From Verrucomicrobiia bacterium (GTDB lineage Bacteria > Verrucomicrobiota > Verrucomicrobiia > Limisphaerales > UBA1319): a stretch of 64,000 nucleotides of DNA. The DNA lies in assembly GCA_963664225.1 (NCBI GenBank), contig OY760937.1:5536001-5600000 (forward strand), read 5' to 3'. Under the pieces are notes generated by a model that had not been told where the DNA came from, searched no databases, and saw only the letters and a list, made by a program, of their open reading frames with translations. The translations under genes were made by a program, and so were the position numbers. This document shows, piece by piece, positions 52,917-63,430 of the stretch (positions are counted from its first letter, which is position 1; each line of letters begins with the position of its first letter).

Positions 52917-55900
52917 TCAGGTTCCGCTTGGACTGTCGGCGGCACTGGACAACGGTTGCTTTCTGATTTCTGCGGCAGCCAAGGCCGGTTTGCTTTTGAA
53001 AACTTTTCGCACAACCACATAGAACACTGGCACCAGAAAAATCGCCAGCACGGTGGCTGTAATCATGCCGCCAATAACGCCAGTGCCGATGGCGTTCTGG
53101 CCAGCTGAACCGGCGCCCCACGCGACGGCCAACGGCGTGACGCCGAGGATGAAGGCAAACGAGGTCATCAGAATCGGACGCAACCGCAGATGCACGGCTT
53201 CGAGCGTGGCTTCGATCAGGCCCAATCCCCGTTCCTGCGCGTCTTTGGCGAACTCCACGATCAAGATGGCGTTCTTGGTTGAGAGGCCGATGATGGTGAG
53301 GAAGCCGACTTTGAAATAGACGTCGTTCTCCAGCCCGCGGAACCAGGTAGCGGCCAGCGCGCCGACAATACCCAGGGGGACGACCAGCAACACGGCCGTC
53401 GGAATGGACCAGCTTTCGTAAAGCGCCGCGAGACACAGAAACACTATGATCAGCGAGAGCGCATAGAGCAGGGGCGCTTGCGAACCGGAGAGCCGTTCCT
53501 CGTAGGACTGGCCGGTCCATTCGTAACCGATGCCGACGGGCAGCTTCGTGGCTATTTTTTCCATTGCCGTCATCGCATCGGTGGAACTCCGGCCCGGCGC
53601 GGGCGTGCCGACGATTTCGACGGAGGGAAAACCATTGTAGCGCTGCAGGCTCGGCGAGCCGTAAGTCCACTTCAAAGTGGTGACTGCGGAAAGCGCCACC
53701 ATCGTGCCCGCGCTGTTGCGAACATAGATCTTGCCGATGTCTTCGGGCTTCATACGGAAGGGCGCGTCCATCTGGACAAGGACGCGCTGGATGCGGCTGC
53801 CGTTGACGAAATTGTTCACGTAAGCAGAGCCGAAGCTGGTGGACAACGCGTTGTTCAGGTCGCCCAGGCTGACGCCCAGCGCGCTGGCTTTTTCCTGGTC
53901 CACTTCAATCCTGAGCTGTGGTTCGTCCTCCATGCCTTGAGCGCGCACGCCTAAGACGCGAGGGTCGGCGGCGGCTAACTGGAGCAACTGATTGCGCGCG
54001 GCCATGAGTTTTTCGTGGCCGAGACCGCCGACGTCTTTCAGTTGCAAATCAAACCCTGACTGCATGCTCAGTTCGGTGATGGCGGCGGGCACGAGTGCGA
54101 AAATCATCGCGTCTTTGATCGCCCCGAACGACTGATTCGCGCGGGTCGCCACGCTCTGCACCGAGTGCTTTTGGCCGGAACGCCGGCTCCAATCCTTGAG
54201 CCGGACGAATGCCGCCGCCGCATTCTGACCGTTGCCTCCGAAGCTGAAACCGACCACCGACATGAAACTCTCCACTTCCGGTTGTTGCCGGTAATAGGCT
54301 TCGACTTGTTCCAGCACGGCGATGCTGCGTTCCGCTGTCGCCCCGACGGGCAATTGAATACTTGTCATCAAAAAGCCCTGGTCTTCCTCGGGCAAAAATG
54401 ACGACGGCAACCGGAAATACATCACCACCATGACGCCGACGATGACGGCGTAGACCATGAAACTGCGACCGGGCCGCTTGATGCATTTCGCAACCCAGCC
54501 TTGATACCTGGTTGTGCTCGCGGCAAATCCGCGGTTGAACCAGCCGAAGAAACCGCGCTTCTCGTGTTTGTGGCCCTGCTGGACCGGCTTGAGCAACACG
54601 GCGCATAACGCCGGCGTCAGCGACATCGCGAGGAACACCGAGAACATCATCGCCGAGACGAGCGACAAAGAGAACTGCCGGTAAATCGTGCCGACCGAGC
54701 CGCCAAAGAATGCCATCGGAATGAACACGGCGGTCAACACCAGCGTGATGCCGATGAGCGCGCCGGTGATTTGATCCATGGCCTTGCGCGTGGCTTCGCG
54801 GGGCGGCAAACCCTCGTCGTGCATGAGGCGCTCGACGTTTTCAATGACGACGATGGCATCGTCCACGAGGATGCCGATGGCCAGAACCAGGCCGAACAGC
54901 GTGAGCACGTTGATGGAAAAACCGAACGCATACATGCAGGCGAACGAACCCAGCAGCGCCACCGGAATCACGATGGTCGGAATCAGCGTTGCGCGGAAAT
55001 TTTGCAGGAACAGATACATCACGAGGAACACCAGCACAATGGCTTCGAGCAACGTCTTGATCACCTCCTCAATCGAGATGGTGATGAACGGCGAGGTATC
55101 CATCGGATACGTCACCTGAATGCCCGCCGGGAAAAACGTCGAGAGCTGGGCCATCTTTTCTTTCACCGCAGTGATTGTCGAGAGTGCGTTGGCCGACGGC
55201 GAGAGCTTGATGGCAATGCCTGAGGCCGGATGGCCATCGGCCCGCGCTTGCATCATGTAGCTTTGACCGCCGAATTCCACGCGCGCCACGTCGCTGAGCA
55301 ACACGCGCGCGCCGTCCGTCCCGACGCGCAGGAGGATGTTGTCGAATTCCGCCAGTGTGCGCAGGGTGGATTGAGCGCGGAGCGTGACGTTGAATTGCTG
55401 GCCGGGAACGGCGGGCAGACTGCCCAGTTGGCCGACGGAGATATCACTGTTCTGCGCCGAGATGGCCGCGGTCACATCGCTCGTGGTCAGGCCAAAGCTA
55501 TTGAGCTTGTTGGGGTCGAGCCACACGCGCATGGCGTATTCCGAGCCGAACATGCTGGCCTCGCCCACGCCGGGAACGCGTCGGAGCGAATCCAAAACGC
55601 TGGCTGAAACGAAATTGCCGATGGCGAATTGATCCATGCTGCCGTTGGTCGAGGAAAGGCTGATGATCAACGTGAAATTACGCGTCGCCTTGGCGACCGT
55701 GACGCCCTGTTGCTGCACGGTCTGGGGCAGGCTGGGCGTGGCGAGTTGCACCTTGTTCTGGACCTGCACCTGCGCGGTGTCGGAATCTGTGCCTGGCTCG
55801 AAATAAAGGGTGATCTGCGACTGCCCGCTGGCACTGCTGCTGGCGGACATGTATTGGAGGTTGTCAATGCCGGTCATCTGCTGTTCGAGCAGCGTCGTCA

Positions 55901-56081
55901 CGGTGTTCTGGACGGTTTCGGCCGAAGCACCCGCGAATGTGGCGGAAACGGAAATGGACGGGGGCGCGACGTTCGGATACTGCGCGACGGGCAGCTTGGT
56001 GACGGCGAGAACGCCTGCCATCATGATGAGCAGGGAAATCACCCACGCGAATACCGGACGATCGATGAAGAATCTGGCCAT
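52917..56081 (-). CDS. HAE1-family RND efflux permease (AcrB/MexB-like)
   Basis: MARFFIDRPVFAWV, AIGILVDDAIVVIENVER, KNAILIVEFA, RLRPILMTS. Confidence 0.96.
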   Translation of the reverse strand: MARFFIDRPVFAWVISLLIMMAGVLAVTKLPVAQYPNVAPPSISVSATFAGASAETVQNTVTTLLEQQMTGIDNLQYMSASSSASGQSQITLYFEPGTDSDTAQVQVQNKVQLATPSLPQTVQQQGVTVAKATRNFTLIISLSSTNGSMDQFAIGNFVSASVLDSLRRVPGVGEASMFGSEYAMRVWLDPNKLNSFGLTTSDVTAAISAQNSDISVGQLGSLPAVPGQQFNVTLRAQSTLRTLAEFDNILLRVGTDGARVLLSDVARVEFGGQSYMMQARADGHPASGIAIKLSPSANALSTITAVKEKMAQLSTFFPAGIQVTYPMDTSPFITISIEEVIKTLLEAIVLVFLVMYLFLQNFRATLIPTIVIPVALLGSFACMYAFGFSINVLTLFGLVLAIGILVDDAIVVIENVERLMHDEGLPPREATRKAMDQITGALIGITLVLTAVFIPMAFFGGSVGTIYRQFSLSLVSAMMFSVFLAMSLTPALCAVLLKPVQQGHKHEKRGFFGWFNRGFAASTTRYQGWVAKCIKRPGRSFMVYAVIVGVMVVMYFRLPSSFLPEEDQGFLMTSIQLPVGATAERSIAVLEQVEAYYRQQPEVESFMSVVGFSFGGNGQNAAAAFVRLKDWSRRSGQKHSVQSVATRANQSFGAIKDAMIFALVPAAITELSMQSGFDLQLKDVGGLGHEKLMAARNQLLQLAAADPRVLGVRAQGMEDEPQLRIEVDQEKASALGVSLGDLNNALSTSFGSAYVNNFVNGSRIQRVLVQMDAPFRMKPEDIGKIYVRNSAGTMVALSAVTTLKWTYGSPSLQRYNGFPSVEIVGTPAPGRSSTDAMTAMEKIATKLPVGIGYEWTGQSYEERLSGSQAPLLYALSLIIVFLCLAALYESWSIPTAVLLVVPLGIVGALAATWFRGLENDVYFKVGFLTIIGLSTKNAILIVEFAKDAQERGLGLIEATLEAVHLRLRPILMTSFAFILGVTPLAVAWGAGSAGQNAIGTGVIGGMITATVLAIFLVPVFYVVVRKVFKSKPALAAAEIRKQPLSSAADSPSGT

Positions 56082-56092
56082 ACGAATTCAGT

Positions 56093-57376
56093 TTACGGGT
56101 TGGCGGTTGCCGCCGATGACTTCATGGGCGTATTAGTATTGCTGGTGTGAAATGGAACGGGGACCACCGTCGCGCCGGCACGCACCTTCTGAAGCCCTTC
56201 AACAATGACCCGGTCACCCGCCTTGAGGCCGCTGCTGACGATCCATTTGTCGCCCGACGCCGAGCCAGTTTGAATCAAACGCTGCTCGACCTGATTCTGC
56301 GCGTTCACCACCAGCACGCTGGCCTGGCCGTTGGCCTCGCGCGCGACACCGCGCTGTGGCACGGTGATGGCTTGATCTTCAACCGCCACTTCAACCTGTC
56401 CGCGGACGAACATGCCCTGCAGCAGAATTGTTTCGGGATTGGGAAATTCGCCGCGCAGCGTGACCGAGCCGGTGTTTTCATCCACTGATACGCCGGAAAA
56501 AACCAGCCTACCCTTCTCGGCGTAGGTCGTGCCGTCCTCCAGCAACAACACGATCTTGACTTCTTTTTGGGAAACGCCCTGAAGTTTTCCCAATTCAAGC
56601 GAACGGCGCAGTTTCAACATTTCCGCACTGGACTGGGTGAAGTCCACGTAGATCGGATCAAGCTGGCGAATGACGGCCATCTTGGTGGCCTCGCTGGCGC
56701 TTGCCAGCGCGCCTTCCGTAATCAGCGCCTTGCCGATGCGCCCGGAAATCGGCGCACTTACCTTGGAGTAGCCCAGATTCAATGCCGCCGTTTCCAGCGC
56801 GGCTTTTGCGGCCATCACATCCGCCTCGCTTTGCAGCGCGCTGGCCCGGGCGTCTTCGTATGCCTGCTGGCTGACGCCGTTGACTTTTACGAGCGACTCG
56901 TTGCGTATGGCTTTGGCCTTGGCTTGTGTCTGTGTCGCCTCGGCCTTCGCCAAGCTGGCCCTGGCACTGTCATAACTGGCCTGCAGCGGGGCGGGATCAA
57001 TTTCAAACAGCACCTGATTGGCCGTCACGTCCGCTCCTTCCTCGAACAGCCTCTTCAGAAGAATGCCTGTGGCACGCGCCCGCACTTCAGCTACGCGCAT
57101 GGCGTTGACACGTCCGGGCAACACCACAGTCACTGCCGCCTTTTCCGAGGCAATCGTTACCACGCCAACTTCCGTCGGCGGCATTGCGCCGCCCATCGGT
57201 CCGCCTGCTCCCGGCGGTCCACCCGCACCCATCGGTCCGCCCGGGCCGCCAGCGTTTGAGCCAGGCCCGCAACCGGTGACAGCAGCCAAGGCCAGAAAAA
57301 GGAGCGGCATTGCGCCGAATTGATGGACCTTGAATGTCAGGCGCATGTTTTTAACGACGTAAGTGAGTAACTTCAT
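56093..57376 (-). CDS. RND periplasmic adaptor (AcrA/MexA-like)
   Basis: Lipobox-like AVTGC, AEVRARATG, APISGRIG, DPIYVDF, GLKAGDRVIVEG; start codon uncertain. Confidence 0.93.
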   Translation of the reverse strand: MKLLTYVVKNMRLTFKVHQFGAMPLLFLALAAVTGCGPGSNAGGPGGPMGAGGPPGAGGPMGGAMPPTEVGVVTIASEKAAVTVVLPGRVNAMRVAEVRARATGILLKRLFEEGADVTANQVLFEIDPAPLQASYDSARASLAKAEATQTQAKAKAIRNESLVKVNGVSQQAYEDARASALQSEADVMAAKAALETAALNLGYSKVSAPISGRIGKALITEGALASASEATKMAVIRQLDPIYVDFTQSSAEMLKLRRSLELGKLQGVSQKEVKIVLLLEDGTTYAEKGRLVFSGVSVDENTGSVTLRGEFPNPETILLQGMFVRGQVEVAVEDQAITVPQRGVAREANGQASVLVVNAQNQVEQRLIQTGSASGDKWIVSSGLKAGDRVIVEGLQKVRAGATVVPVPFHTSNTNTPMKSSAATANP

Positions 57377-57389
57377 AATTCTTCAACGG

Positions 57390-58757
57390 CTATTTCCAGC
57401 CACCACCCAGCGCTTTGTAGAGCGAGATCTGGCTGTTGAGTTGATGAAAGCGGGCCAGCAACAAGTCCTGCTGGGCGTTGTAAAGGTCCTGTTGCGATAA
57501 GAGCACGTTCAAATAGGTGTCTTCGCCCTGCCGATAGCGGAGATTGGCCAGTTCAAAGCGGCGCTGTTGGGCGGTCACTAAAAGTGATTCTTCCCCGATT
57601 TGTTGGGTGTAACTGCGGCTGGCCACCAAAGCATCGGCCACTTCCCTAAAGGCGGTTTCGATGGCCTTCATGTAGTTTTGCACTTCGATGCGCCTGCCGA
57701 CTTTGGCGGAATCCAGTGAAGCCAGATTCTGACCGCCGGTAAATATGGGTAAGGTGACTTGCGGCGAAAAACTCCAGACACCCGTCCCGCCGCCAAACAG
57801 CTTTTCAAATTCCGCGCTGGTCGATCCGACCGAGGCAGTCATCGCAATGGTGGGGAAGAAAGCTGCCCGCGCCGCGCCAATATTGGCATTGGCCGCCTTC
57901 AAAGTGTGTTCCGCCGCCAGAATATCCGGGCGTTGTTGCAGCAATTCCGATGGCAGTCCAGCGGGTATCTCCGCCAACAGGTTGATGTCGTTGAATGGCC
58001 TCGATGGCGGCAGATTGGCCGGCATCGGCTGGCCGATCAGCAACACCAGATAGTTTTCCGCCTGTTCCCGTGCGCGTTCGAAAGTGAGCAGATTGATTTT
58101 CGCGGTTTGCACCTGGCCTTCCGCTGTGCGCAAATCCAATTCGCCGGTTGCCCCGGCGTCAAACGTGGCTTTGTTGAGGGCATAGGAATCCCGCACCGTC
58201 TGTAAAGTTTGTTTCGCCAGCGCAATCTGTTCCTCTGCCTGCCGCAACGTGAAATATACCGCGGCCACTTCGGCGACCAATGACACTTGGGCGCCACGCC
58301 TGCCCTCGACCGTGGCAAAGTATTGTTCCAACGCCCGGCGATTCAGGCTGCGCACCCGGCCAAACAAATCCACTTCATACGCCGTTGAGCCGAGACTGGC
58401 ACTCCATAGATCAGCAGTTTCGCCATTGGCATGGGCCTTCTGATAACCGCCGCCGGCGTTCACTGTGGGAAGAGAAGTCGAACGAGTGATCCGGTATTGC
58501 GCCTGGCTTTGCTCCACATTGAGCACCGCCACCTGAAAATCACAATTGTTGGTTAGCGCCAGATCAATCAACCGCTTCAGACGCTCGTCGGCAATGTAAT
58601 TTGTCCAGGACAGCGTCGCAACCGCGCTGGCATTGGTTGCGTTCATGCCGGGATATTGCGCCGCAACCGGTGCAGCCGGGCGTTCATACTTCGGAATCAT
58701 GGCGCAGCCGGATAGCAGGAGCGCGCCGAAAAAACAAAATGACAGAATCTTTGCCAT
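57390..58757 (-). CDS. Outer membrane efflux lipoprotein (OprM/NodT family)
   Basis: LLSGC lipobox, PKYERP, YEVDLFGRVR, ELLQQRPDILAAE, LYKALGGGW. Confidence 0.95.
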   Translation of the reverse strand: MAKILSFCFFGALLLSGCAMIPKYERPAAPVAAQYPGMNATNASAVATLSWTNYIADERLKRLIDLALTNNCDFQVAVLNVEQSQAQYRITRSTSLPTVNAGGGYQKAHANGETADLWSASLGSTAYEVDLFGRVRSLNRRALEQYFATVEGRRGAQVSLVAEVAAVYFTLRQAEEQIALAKQTLQTVRDSYALNKATFDAGATGELDLRTAEGQVQTAKINLLTFERAREQAENYLVLLIGQPMPANLPPSRPFNDINLLAEIPAGLPSELLQQRPDILAAEHTLKAANANIGAARAAFFPTIAMTASVGSTSAEFEKLFGGGTGVWSFSPQVTLPIFTGGQNLASLDSAKVGRRIEVQNYMKAIETAFREVADALVASRSYTQQIGEESLLVTAQQRRFELANLRYRQGEDTYLNVLLSQQDLYNAQQDLLLARFHQLNSQISLYKALGGGWK

Positions 58758-58762
58758 ATCAT

Positions 58763-59455
58763 TCAGCGTTTGGGCAGTTTTGGGGGAAACGGCAATCTCG
58801 GCCTTTCCGAAGCCGGAACCGCCGGCTGGCTTATCAAACCGGCTGAAACATAGCCGATCATTTCGCGCAGCACCGCCTCGCGCGATTTTGCATTATTCAT
58901 TCCCGGCATTTCGCTCGCATGGATGGAAAACATCAGCAACGCGCCCATCGCGAACATTTCGCGCAGTTGGAGCAAATCCTCCGGGATATCCGGCCGCGCG
59001 CGTTTGAGCGCCGCGATAAACACTTTGACGCCGGGCAAAAGCTCCTTTTCGATGGCCGCATGAATGAACGGCGGTGGCATCAATAAGTTCCGGGCCAGAA
59101 ATTTTTGAAATGTGGGATGTTCCAGCCCCGACTCGAAAGGCGGACGGAGCATGCACTCGACAATTTTCTCCACGGAAACAGGCTTGCCGCCCGCTTGCGT
59201 TTCCGCGTCCCCAAGCAGCCGCAGCCGTTCGGCGTTGACCGGCCGGAAGCCGCGCATGAAGATCTCAATGTAAAGCGCCTCTTTCGAGCCAAAGTGGTAA
59301 GTGGCCGCGCCCAAATTCACTTTGGCCTCATCCGCGAGCATCCGCATCCCGACGCCATCGTAGCCCTTCTCGCCAAACAAGCGCACCGCCGTGTCCAGCA
59401 GGCGGGTGACGGTCGCCCGATCCTCCGCCGACTTGTTTTGTATTTTAGCCATCAC
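58763..59455 (-). CDS. TetR/AcrR-family transcriptional regulator
   Basis: RLLDTAVRLFGEKGY..VGMRMLA...VNLGAATYHFGSKEALY HTH; start GTG 59455 or ATG 59452. Confidence 0.93.
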   Translation of the reverse strand: MMAKIQNKSAEDRATVTRLLDTAVRLFGEKGYDGVGMRMLADEAKVNLGAATYHFGSKEALYIEIFMRGFRPVNAERLRLLGDAETQAGGKPVSVEKIVECMLRPPFESGLEHPTFQKFLARNLLMPPPFIHAAIEKELLPGVKVFIAALKRARPDIPEDLLQLREMFAMGALLMFSIHASEMPGMNNAKSREAVLREMIGYVSAGLISQPAVPASERPRLPFPPKLPKR

Positions 59456-59462
59456 GGACAAA

Positions 59463-59490
59463 ATAATACAAACGTATGAAACATTGTCAA
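59463..59490 (-). promoter_or_regulatory. Promoter of the efflux operon with an overlapping imperfect palindrome (candidate TetR operator)
   Basis: Minus strand TTGACA, 16 bp, TATTAT; TTCATACGTTTGTA (59467-80) is 10/14 palindromic. Confidence 0.6.
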
Positions 59491-59720
59491 GCCCCACCGT
59501 AGTTGCGTCGGTCAACCCAGGCCATGCGCATGCGCGAACTGGGGCTCGGAATTCATGTTCTTAATCCAGAGCGGCACGTCCGAACACACGAAGATGATGA
59601 ACTGCGTGGAACGCGACCGTTTATCATGATCAACTCTTTGCATTTGACTGCATCCACCAAACTTTGCCTGGCATTTTCCGAAATATGCTAAGTACGCGAA
59701 AAAGGGGGGAGAAGTCTTAA

Positions 59721-59792
59721 TGCCGTCCCGCTGGGGCTTGGAATTGGTCGGGGGTGGCGTTTGCTATAAATATGTCACCCAGCTGGGGCTGG
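59721..59792. repeat. REP-like remnant
   Basis: CCCGCTGGGGCT and CCCAGCTGGGGCT near-copies, the second preceded by GCTATAAATATGTCA. Confidence 0.35.
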
Positions 59793-59873
59793 GAAGAAAT
59801 GGAGATACCACCACTCCGAACGATTGGACAAACTCTTGTCGTCGGGGACGGGTTTGGATAAGGTGGGCTGAGA

Positions 59874-60932
59874 ATGAAGAGAGTCTGTATTTTTGCGGTT
59901 TTGTGCTGGCTGGCCTGGCCGGTCCTGGCGGCGGAGCGCGCTTTTGATTTTTCGACTGCGACGCCGAACGAGGCGCCCAAGGGGTTTCGCAGTTTGATTG
60001 CGGGGGAGGGAAATTTGGGGGATTGGCGGGTTTTATTCGAGGAAGTGCCTTCGCTGATGCCGTCGGTCACGGGGCAGGCGCCCAAGACGGCCAAGAAAGG
60101 GGTGCTGGCGCAGTTATCCAAGGACGGAACCGACGAGCATTTTCCATTGCTGGTTTTCGATGAAGAGGCGTACGGCGATTTCACGTTCAGCGCGCGATTC
60201 AAGACGGTGGACGGCGAAAAGGAACAGATGGCCGGTCTGGCGTTTCGCATTCAGGACGAGAAGAATTTTTACGTTGTGCGGGCCAGCGCCCTGGGGAATA
60301 CGTTCAAGTTTTATAAAGTGGTCAACGGCCAGCGGAGCGCGCCCATTGGACCGGAAGTCGAGGTGTCGAAGAATGTCTGGCACGAGATCAGCGTGGAATG
60401 CAAAGGAAACCGCATTCGCTGCCAGTTCGACGGCAAGGAGTTGTTTCCGGTTTTGACCGATTATTCGTTCAGTGCCGGCAAGATTGGATTCTGGACGAAG
60501 TCGGATTCGGTCAGTTATTTTTGTGACGCGCGATTGACTTACACCCCCCGGGAATCGCTCGCGAAGGTTCTGATTCGGGATCAGATGAAAAAATATCCAC
60601 GGCTGGTTGGCTTGAAAATCTTTGCGGTCAGGGGAACCAATACAATGCCTTTGATTGTGGCGAGCGACAAGGCGACGGAACTGGGAGTGGCGGGCGGCAC
60701 GGTGGAGAGCAGCGTCATATCCAGCAATCAAATCTATTATGGAAAGATCAAAGGGGATGCGGTGGTGACCTACCCCTTGCATGACCGGAATGGCGATGCG
60801 GTGGCGGCGGTGCGCGTGGTGATGCAATCCTTCAAGGGCCAGACGGAGGAGAATGCGATCACGCGGGCGATGCCGGTGGTCAAGGACATGGAATGGCGTG
60901 TGCGGTCGAAGGCGGAACTGATTGAGGATTGA
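59874..60932 (+). CDS. Secreted DUF1080/ConA-like domain fused to a Cache/PDC-like C-terminal domain
   Basis: Signal peptide (VLA|AE); YGDFTFSARFK, MAGLAFR, WHEISVECKGNRI, GKIGFWTK; C-terminal IVAS..ELG...VTYPLHDRNGDAVAAVRV. Confidence 0.7.
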   Translation: MKRVCIFAVLCWLAWPVLAAERAFDFSTATPNEAPKGFRSLIAGEGNLGDWRVLFEEVPSLMPSVTGQAPKTAKKGVLAQLSKDGTDEHFPLLVFDEEAYGDFTFSARFKTVDGEKEQMAGLAFRIQDEKNFYVVRASALGNTFKFYKVVNGQRSAPIGPEVEVSKNVWHEISVECKGNRIRCQFDGKELFPVLTDYSFSAGKIGFWTKSDSVSYFCDARLTYTPRESLAKVLIRDQMKKYPRLVGLKIFAVRGTNTMPLIVASDKATELGVAGGTVESSVISSNQIYYGKIKGDAVVTYPLHDRNGDAVAAVRVVMQSFKGQTEENAITRAMPVVKDMEWRVRSKAELIED

Positions 60933-60996
60933 GGCTCCCGCTCGCGTCGGCGTGGGGTGGCACATCGGAAAATCGGGACGGTCCAGGCATTGAATC

Positions 60997-63267
60997 ATGA
61001 TTGCAAGAGTCCGACTCGATCTGGGTGTTTCAAAGGAATTCGATTACCTGATTCCTGCCGAATGGGAGGACAAGGTTGAGGCCGGGTGTCGGGTCAAGGT
61101 GCCGTTTGGAGGACGACAGGTTCTAGGCTGCGTGATTTCATTGGAGACGACCTCTCCGCACGCGAATCTGCGCCCCCTGCTCAAACTCATTGGCGGGCAA
61201 TCGCTGGTCACTCCAGAAGTACTGAATCTGGCGCGTTGGATTTCCACGTACTACTGCTGTCCGCTGGAGGTGGCTTTAAAAAGCGTGCTGCCGGAGGCGG
61301 TCCGCAAAGAAAAACAAGGGTGGAAAGAACAGCTCTCCGTTCGCGCGCACACGCCACAGGGTGAAATGCCGGAGTTGACAAGTCGGCAAAGCGACATCTG
61401 GAAGGTCATCAGCGCCTGGGGCGAAATGCCGTTGCAGGAATTACTGAAGGTGGCGGAAACAACGGCGGATACGGTTCGGAAACTCGAAGACAAGGGATTG
61501 GTCACGATCGGCTTGAAGGTGCATGAGCGGGATCCTTACGGGCGCGAGCAAATTCTGGCCTCGAAACCGTTGCCACTGAATACGGACCAGGCGCGCGCTT
61601 TGGAGGCGATCATGGCAGCGATGAACGCACCGCTGCCGGTGGCGTCCAAGGAGGTTTCCGGGGCGCAATCCGCTGCGGATCCTGTTTTGTCGCGAACGTT
61701 TTTGCTGCATGGAGTCACCGGGAGCGGAAAGACGGAGGTGTATTTGCAGGCCATTGCGCACGCTTTGGAACGCGGGCAGGGGGCCATTGTTCTGGTGCCG
61801 GAAATATCGCTGACTCCTCAGACGGTGGAGCGCTTCAAGGCCCGTTTTTGCGCGGGGCAATTGCAGACATTAGTCGCGGTCCTGCACAGCCATTTATCAT
61901 CGGGCGAGCGTCATGATGAGTGGCATAAAATCCGACAGGGCAGGGCGCGGATTGTCATTGGGGCGCGGTCCGCGGTGTTTGCCCCGGTGGAACGGTTGGG
62001 CCTGATCATCGTGGATGAGGAGCATGAATATTCCTACAAACAGGAGGAGGCGCCCCGGTATCATGCCCGCGATGTGGCGGTGGTGAGGGGTCAGAGGGAG
62101 GGTGCGGTGGTGGTGCTGGGCACCGCGACGCCATCGATGGAGAGTTATTACAACGCGCGCAAGGGAAAATACACGCTGCTGGAAATGCCGATCCGGGCGG
62201 ATGACAAGAAAATGCCGGTGGTGCGCGTGGTGGACATGCGGCAGGAATCGCGAAAACAAAAGGGGCCGCCCGTGTTTTCATTAAAACTCAAAGAGGCGAT
62301 CACACAGCGACTCGAGAGACACGAGCAGACCATGCTGTTTTTGAATCGCCGTGGATATTCGACGGCTCTGCAGTGCCCCAAATGCGGTTATGTGGCCGGG
62401 TGCCCGAATTGCAGCGTGTCACTGACCTACCACCGTCAGGCGGGCAAACTCTGCTGTCATATTTGCGGTTTCGAAGAGCAGGCGCCCACGGTTTGTCCGG
62501 AGCCGAACTGCAAAAATCCTGCGATCCGATATTCCGGTTTGGGCACTGAGAAGGTGGAAGATGTGCTGTCCAAACTTTTTCCCGGGGCGCGCGTGCGCAG
62601 GATGGACTCGGACACCCTGAAACGGAAGGATGATTTCCGGCGCATACTCAGCGAATTTCGCGTTGGCAAGATCGACATTTTACTTGGAACGCAAATGATT
62701 GCCAAGGGGCTGCATTTTCCCAACGTCACGCTGGTGGGGATTATTTATGCGGACTTGAGTTTGCACATGCCGGATTTTCGCGCGGGGGAGCGCACGTTCC
62801 AACTGCTCACCCAGGTGGCGGGGCGCGCCGGGCGGGGGGACGTTGAAGGCGAGGTGGTGGTGCAGGCCTTCACGCCATTTCATCCGGCGATCCAATTTGC
62901 CCGGGGACATGACTATGTGGGTTTCTACGAACAGGAAATCGAGTTTCGTGAGCAACTCAAGTATCCCCCGGCAAGCCGCATTGCGCTGCTGACGCTGAAA
63001 GGACGCAACGAGGAGAAACTGGAATTCTCGGCGAATTACCTGCGGAAAGAGCTGGAGAAATCATGCCAGAAAATCACCGATCTGGTGATCGCCGGGCCCT
63101 CTCCGGCCCCGTTATTGCGGGCGGAGACGTTTTACCGGCACCAGATCATGCTCCGCACGCGGCAGATGAGTCTGCTGGGTCGGCAATTGTCGGGACTGAT
63201 CGCGGGTCTCAAACTGCCGGAGGACGTGAGCCTGAGCGTCGATGTCGATCCTGTGGATTTAATGTAA
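60997..63267 (+). CDS. priA: Primosomal protein N'
   Basis: GVTGSGKTEVY, VPEISLTPQ, DEEHE, SYKQ..PRYHARD, CxxC zinc clusters, GTQMIAKGLHFP, QVAGRAGR. Confidence 0.98.
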   Translation: MIARVRLDLGVSKEFDYLIPAEWEDKVEAGCRVKVPFGGRQVLGCVISLETTSPHANLRPLLKLIGGQSLVTPEVLNLARWISTYYCCPLEVALKSVLPEAVRKEKQGWKEQLSVRAHTPQGEMPELTSRQSDIWKVISAWGEMPLQELLKVAETTADTVRKLEDKGLVTIGLKVHERDPYGREQILASKPLPLNTDQARALEAIMAAMNAPLPVASKEVSGAQSAADPVLSRTFLLHGVTGSGKTEVYLQAIAHALERGQGAIVLVPEISLTPQTVERFKARFCAGQLQTLVAVLHSHLSSGERHDEWHKIRQGRARIVIGARSAVFAPVERLGLIIVDEEHEYSYKQEEAPRYHARDVAVVRGQREGAVVVLGTATPSMESYYNARKGKYTLLEMPIRADDKKMPVVRVVDMRQESRKQKGPPVFSLKLKEAITQRLERHEQTMLFLNRRGYSTALQCPKCGYVAGCPNCSVSLTYHRQAGKLCCHICGFEEQAPTVCPEPNCKNPAIRYSGLGTEKVEDVLSKLFPGARVRRMDSDTLKRKDDFRRILSEFRVGKIDILLGTQMIAKGLHFPNVTLVGIIYADLSLHMPDFRAGERTFQLLTQVAGRAGRGDVEGEVVVQAFTPFHPAIQFARGHDYVGFYEQEIEFREQLKYPPASRIALLTLKGRNEEKLEFSANYLRKELEKSCQKITDLVIAGPSPAPLLRAETFYRHQIMLRTRQMSLLGRQLSGLIAGLKLPEDVSLSVDVDPVDLM

Positions 63268-63430
63268 AGGCCTGATGCGGGGCGCAGAACATATTTCCTC
63301 AGGAACAAAGACGGAGTTTTACATGGATAAATAGGATGGACAGGATGGGGAAAAGAAACGAGGTGCGGGTGAAATTGGTGAGCACATTGTAGTTTGGAAT
63401 GGGAAAAGAGTGCCTCGCTAAATTGGATTA

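Noticed and set aside
61620..61695. Linker insertion before the PriA Walker A
   Set aside because: Variable loop region; nothing suggests an intein or mobile element.
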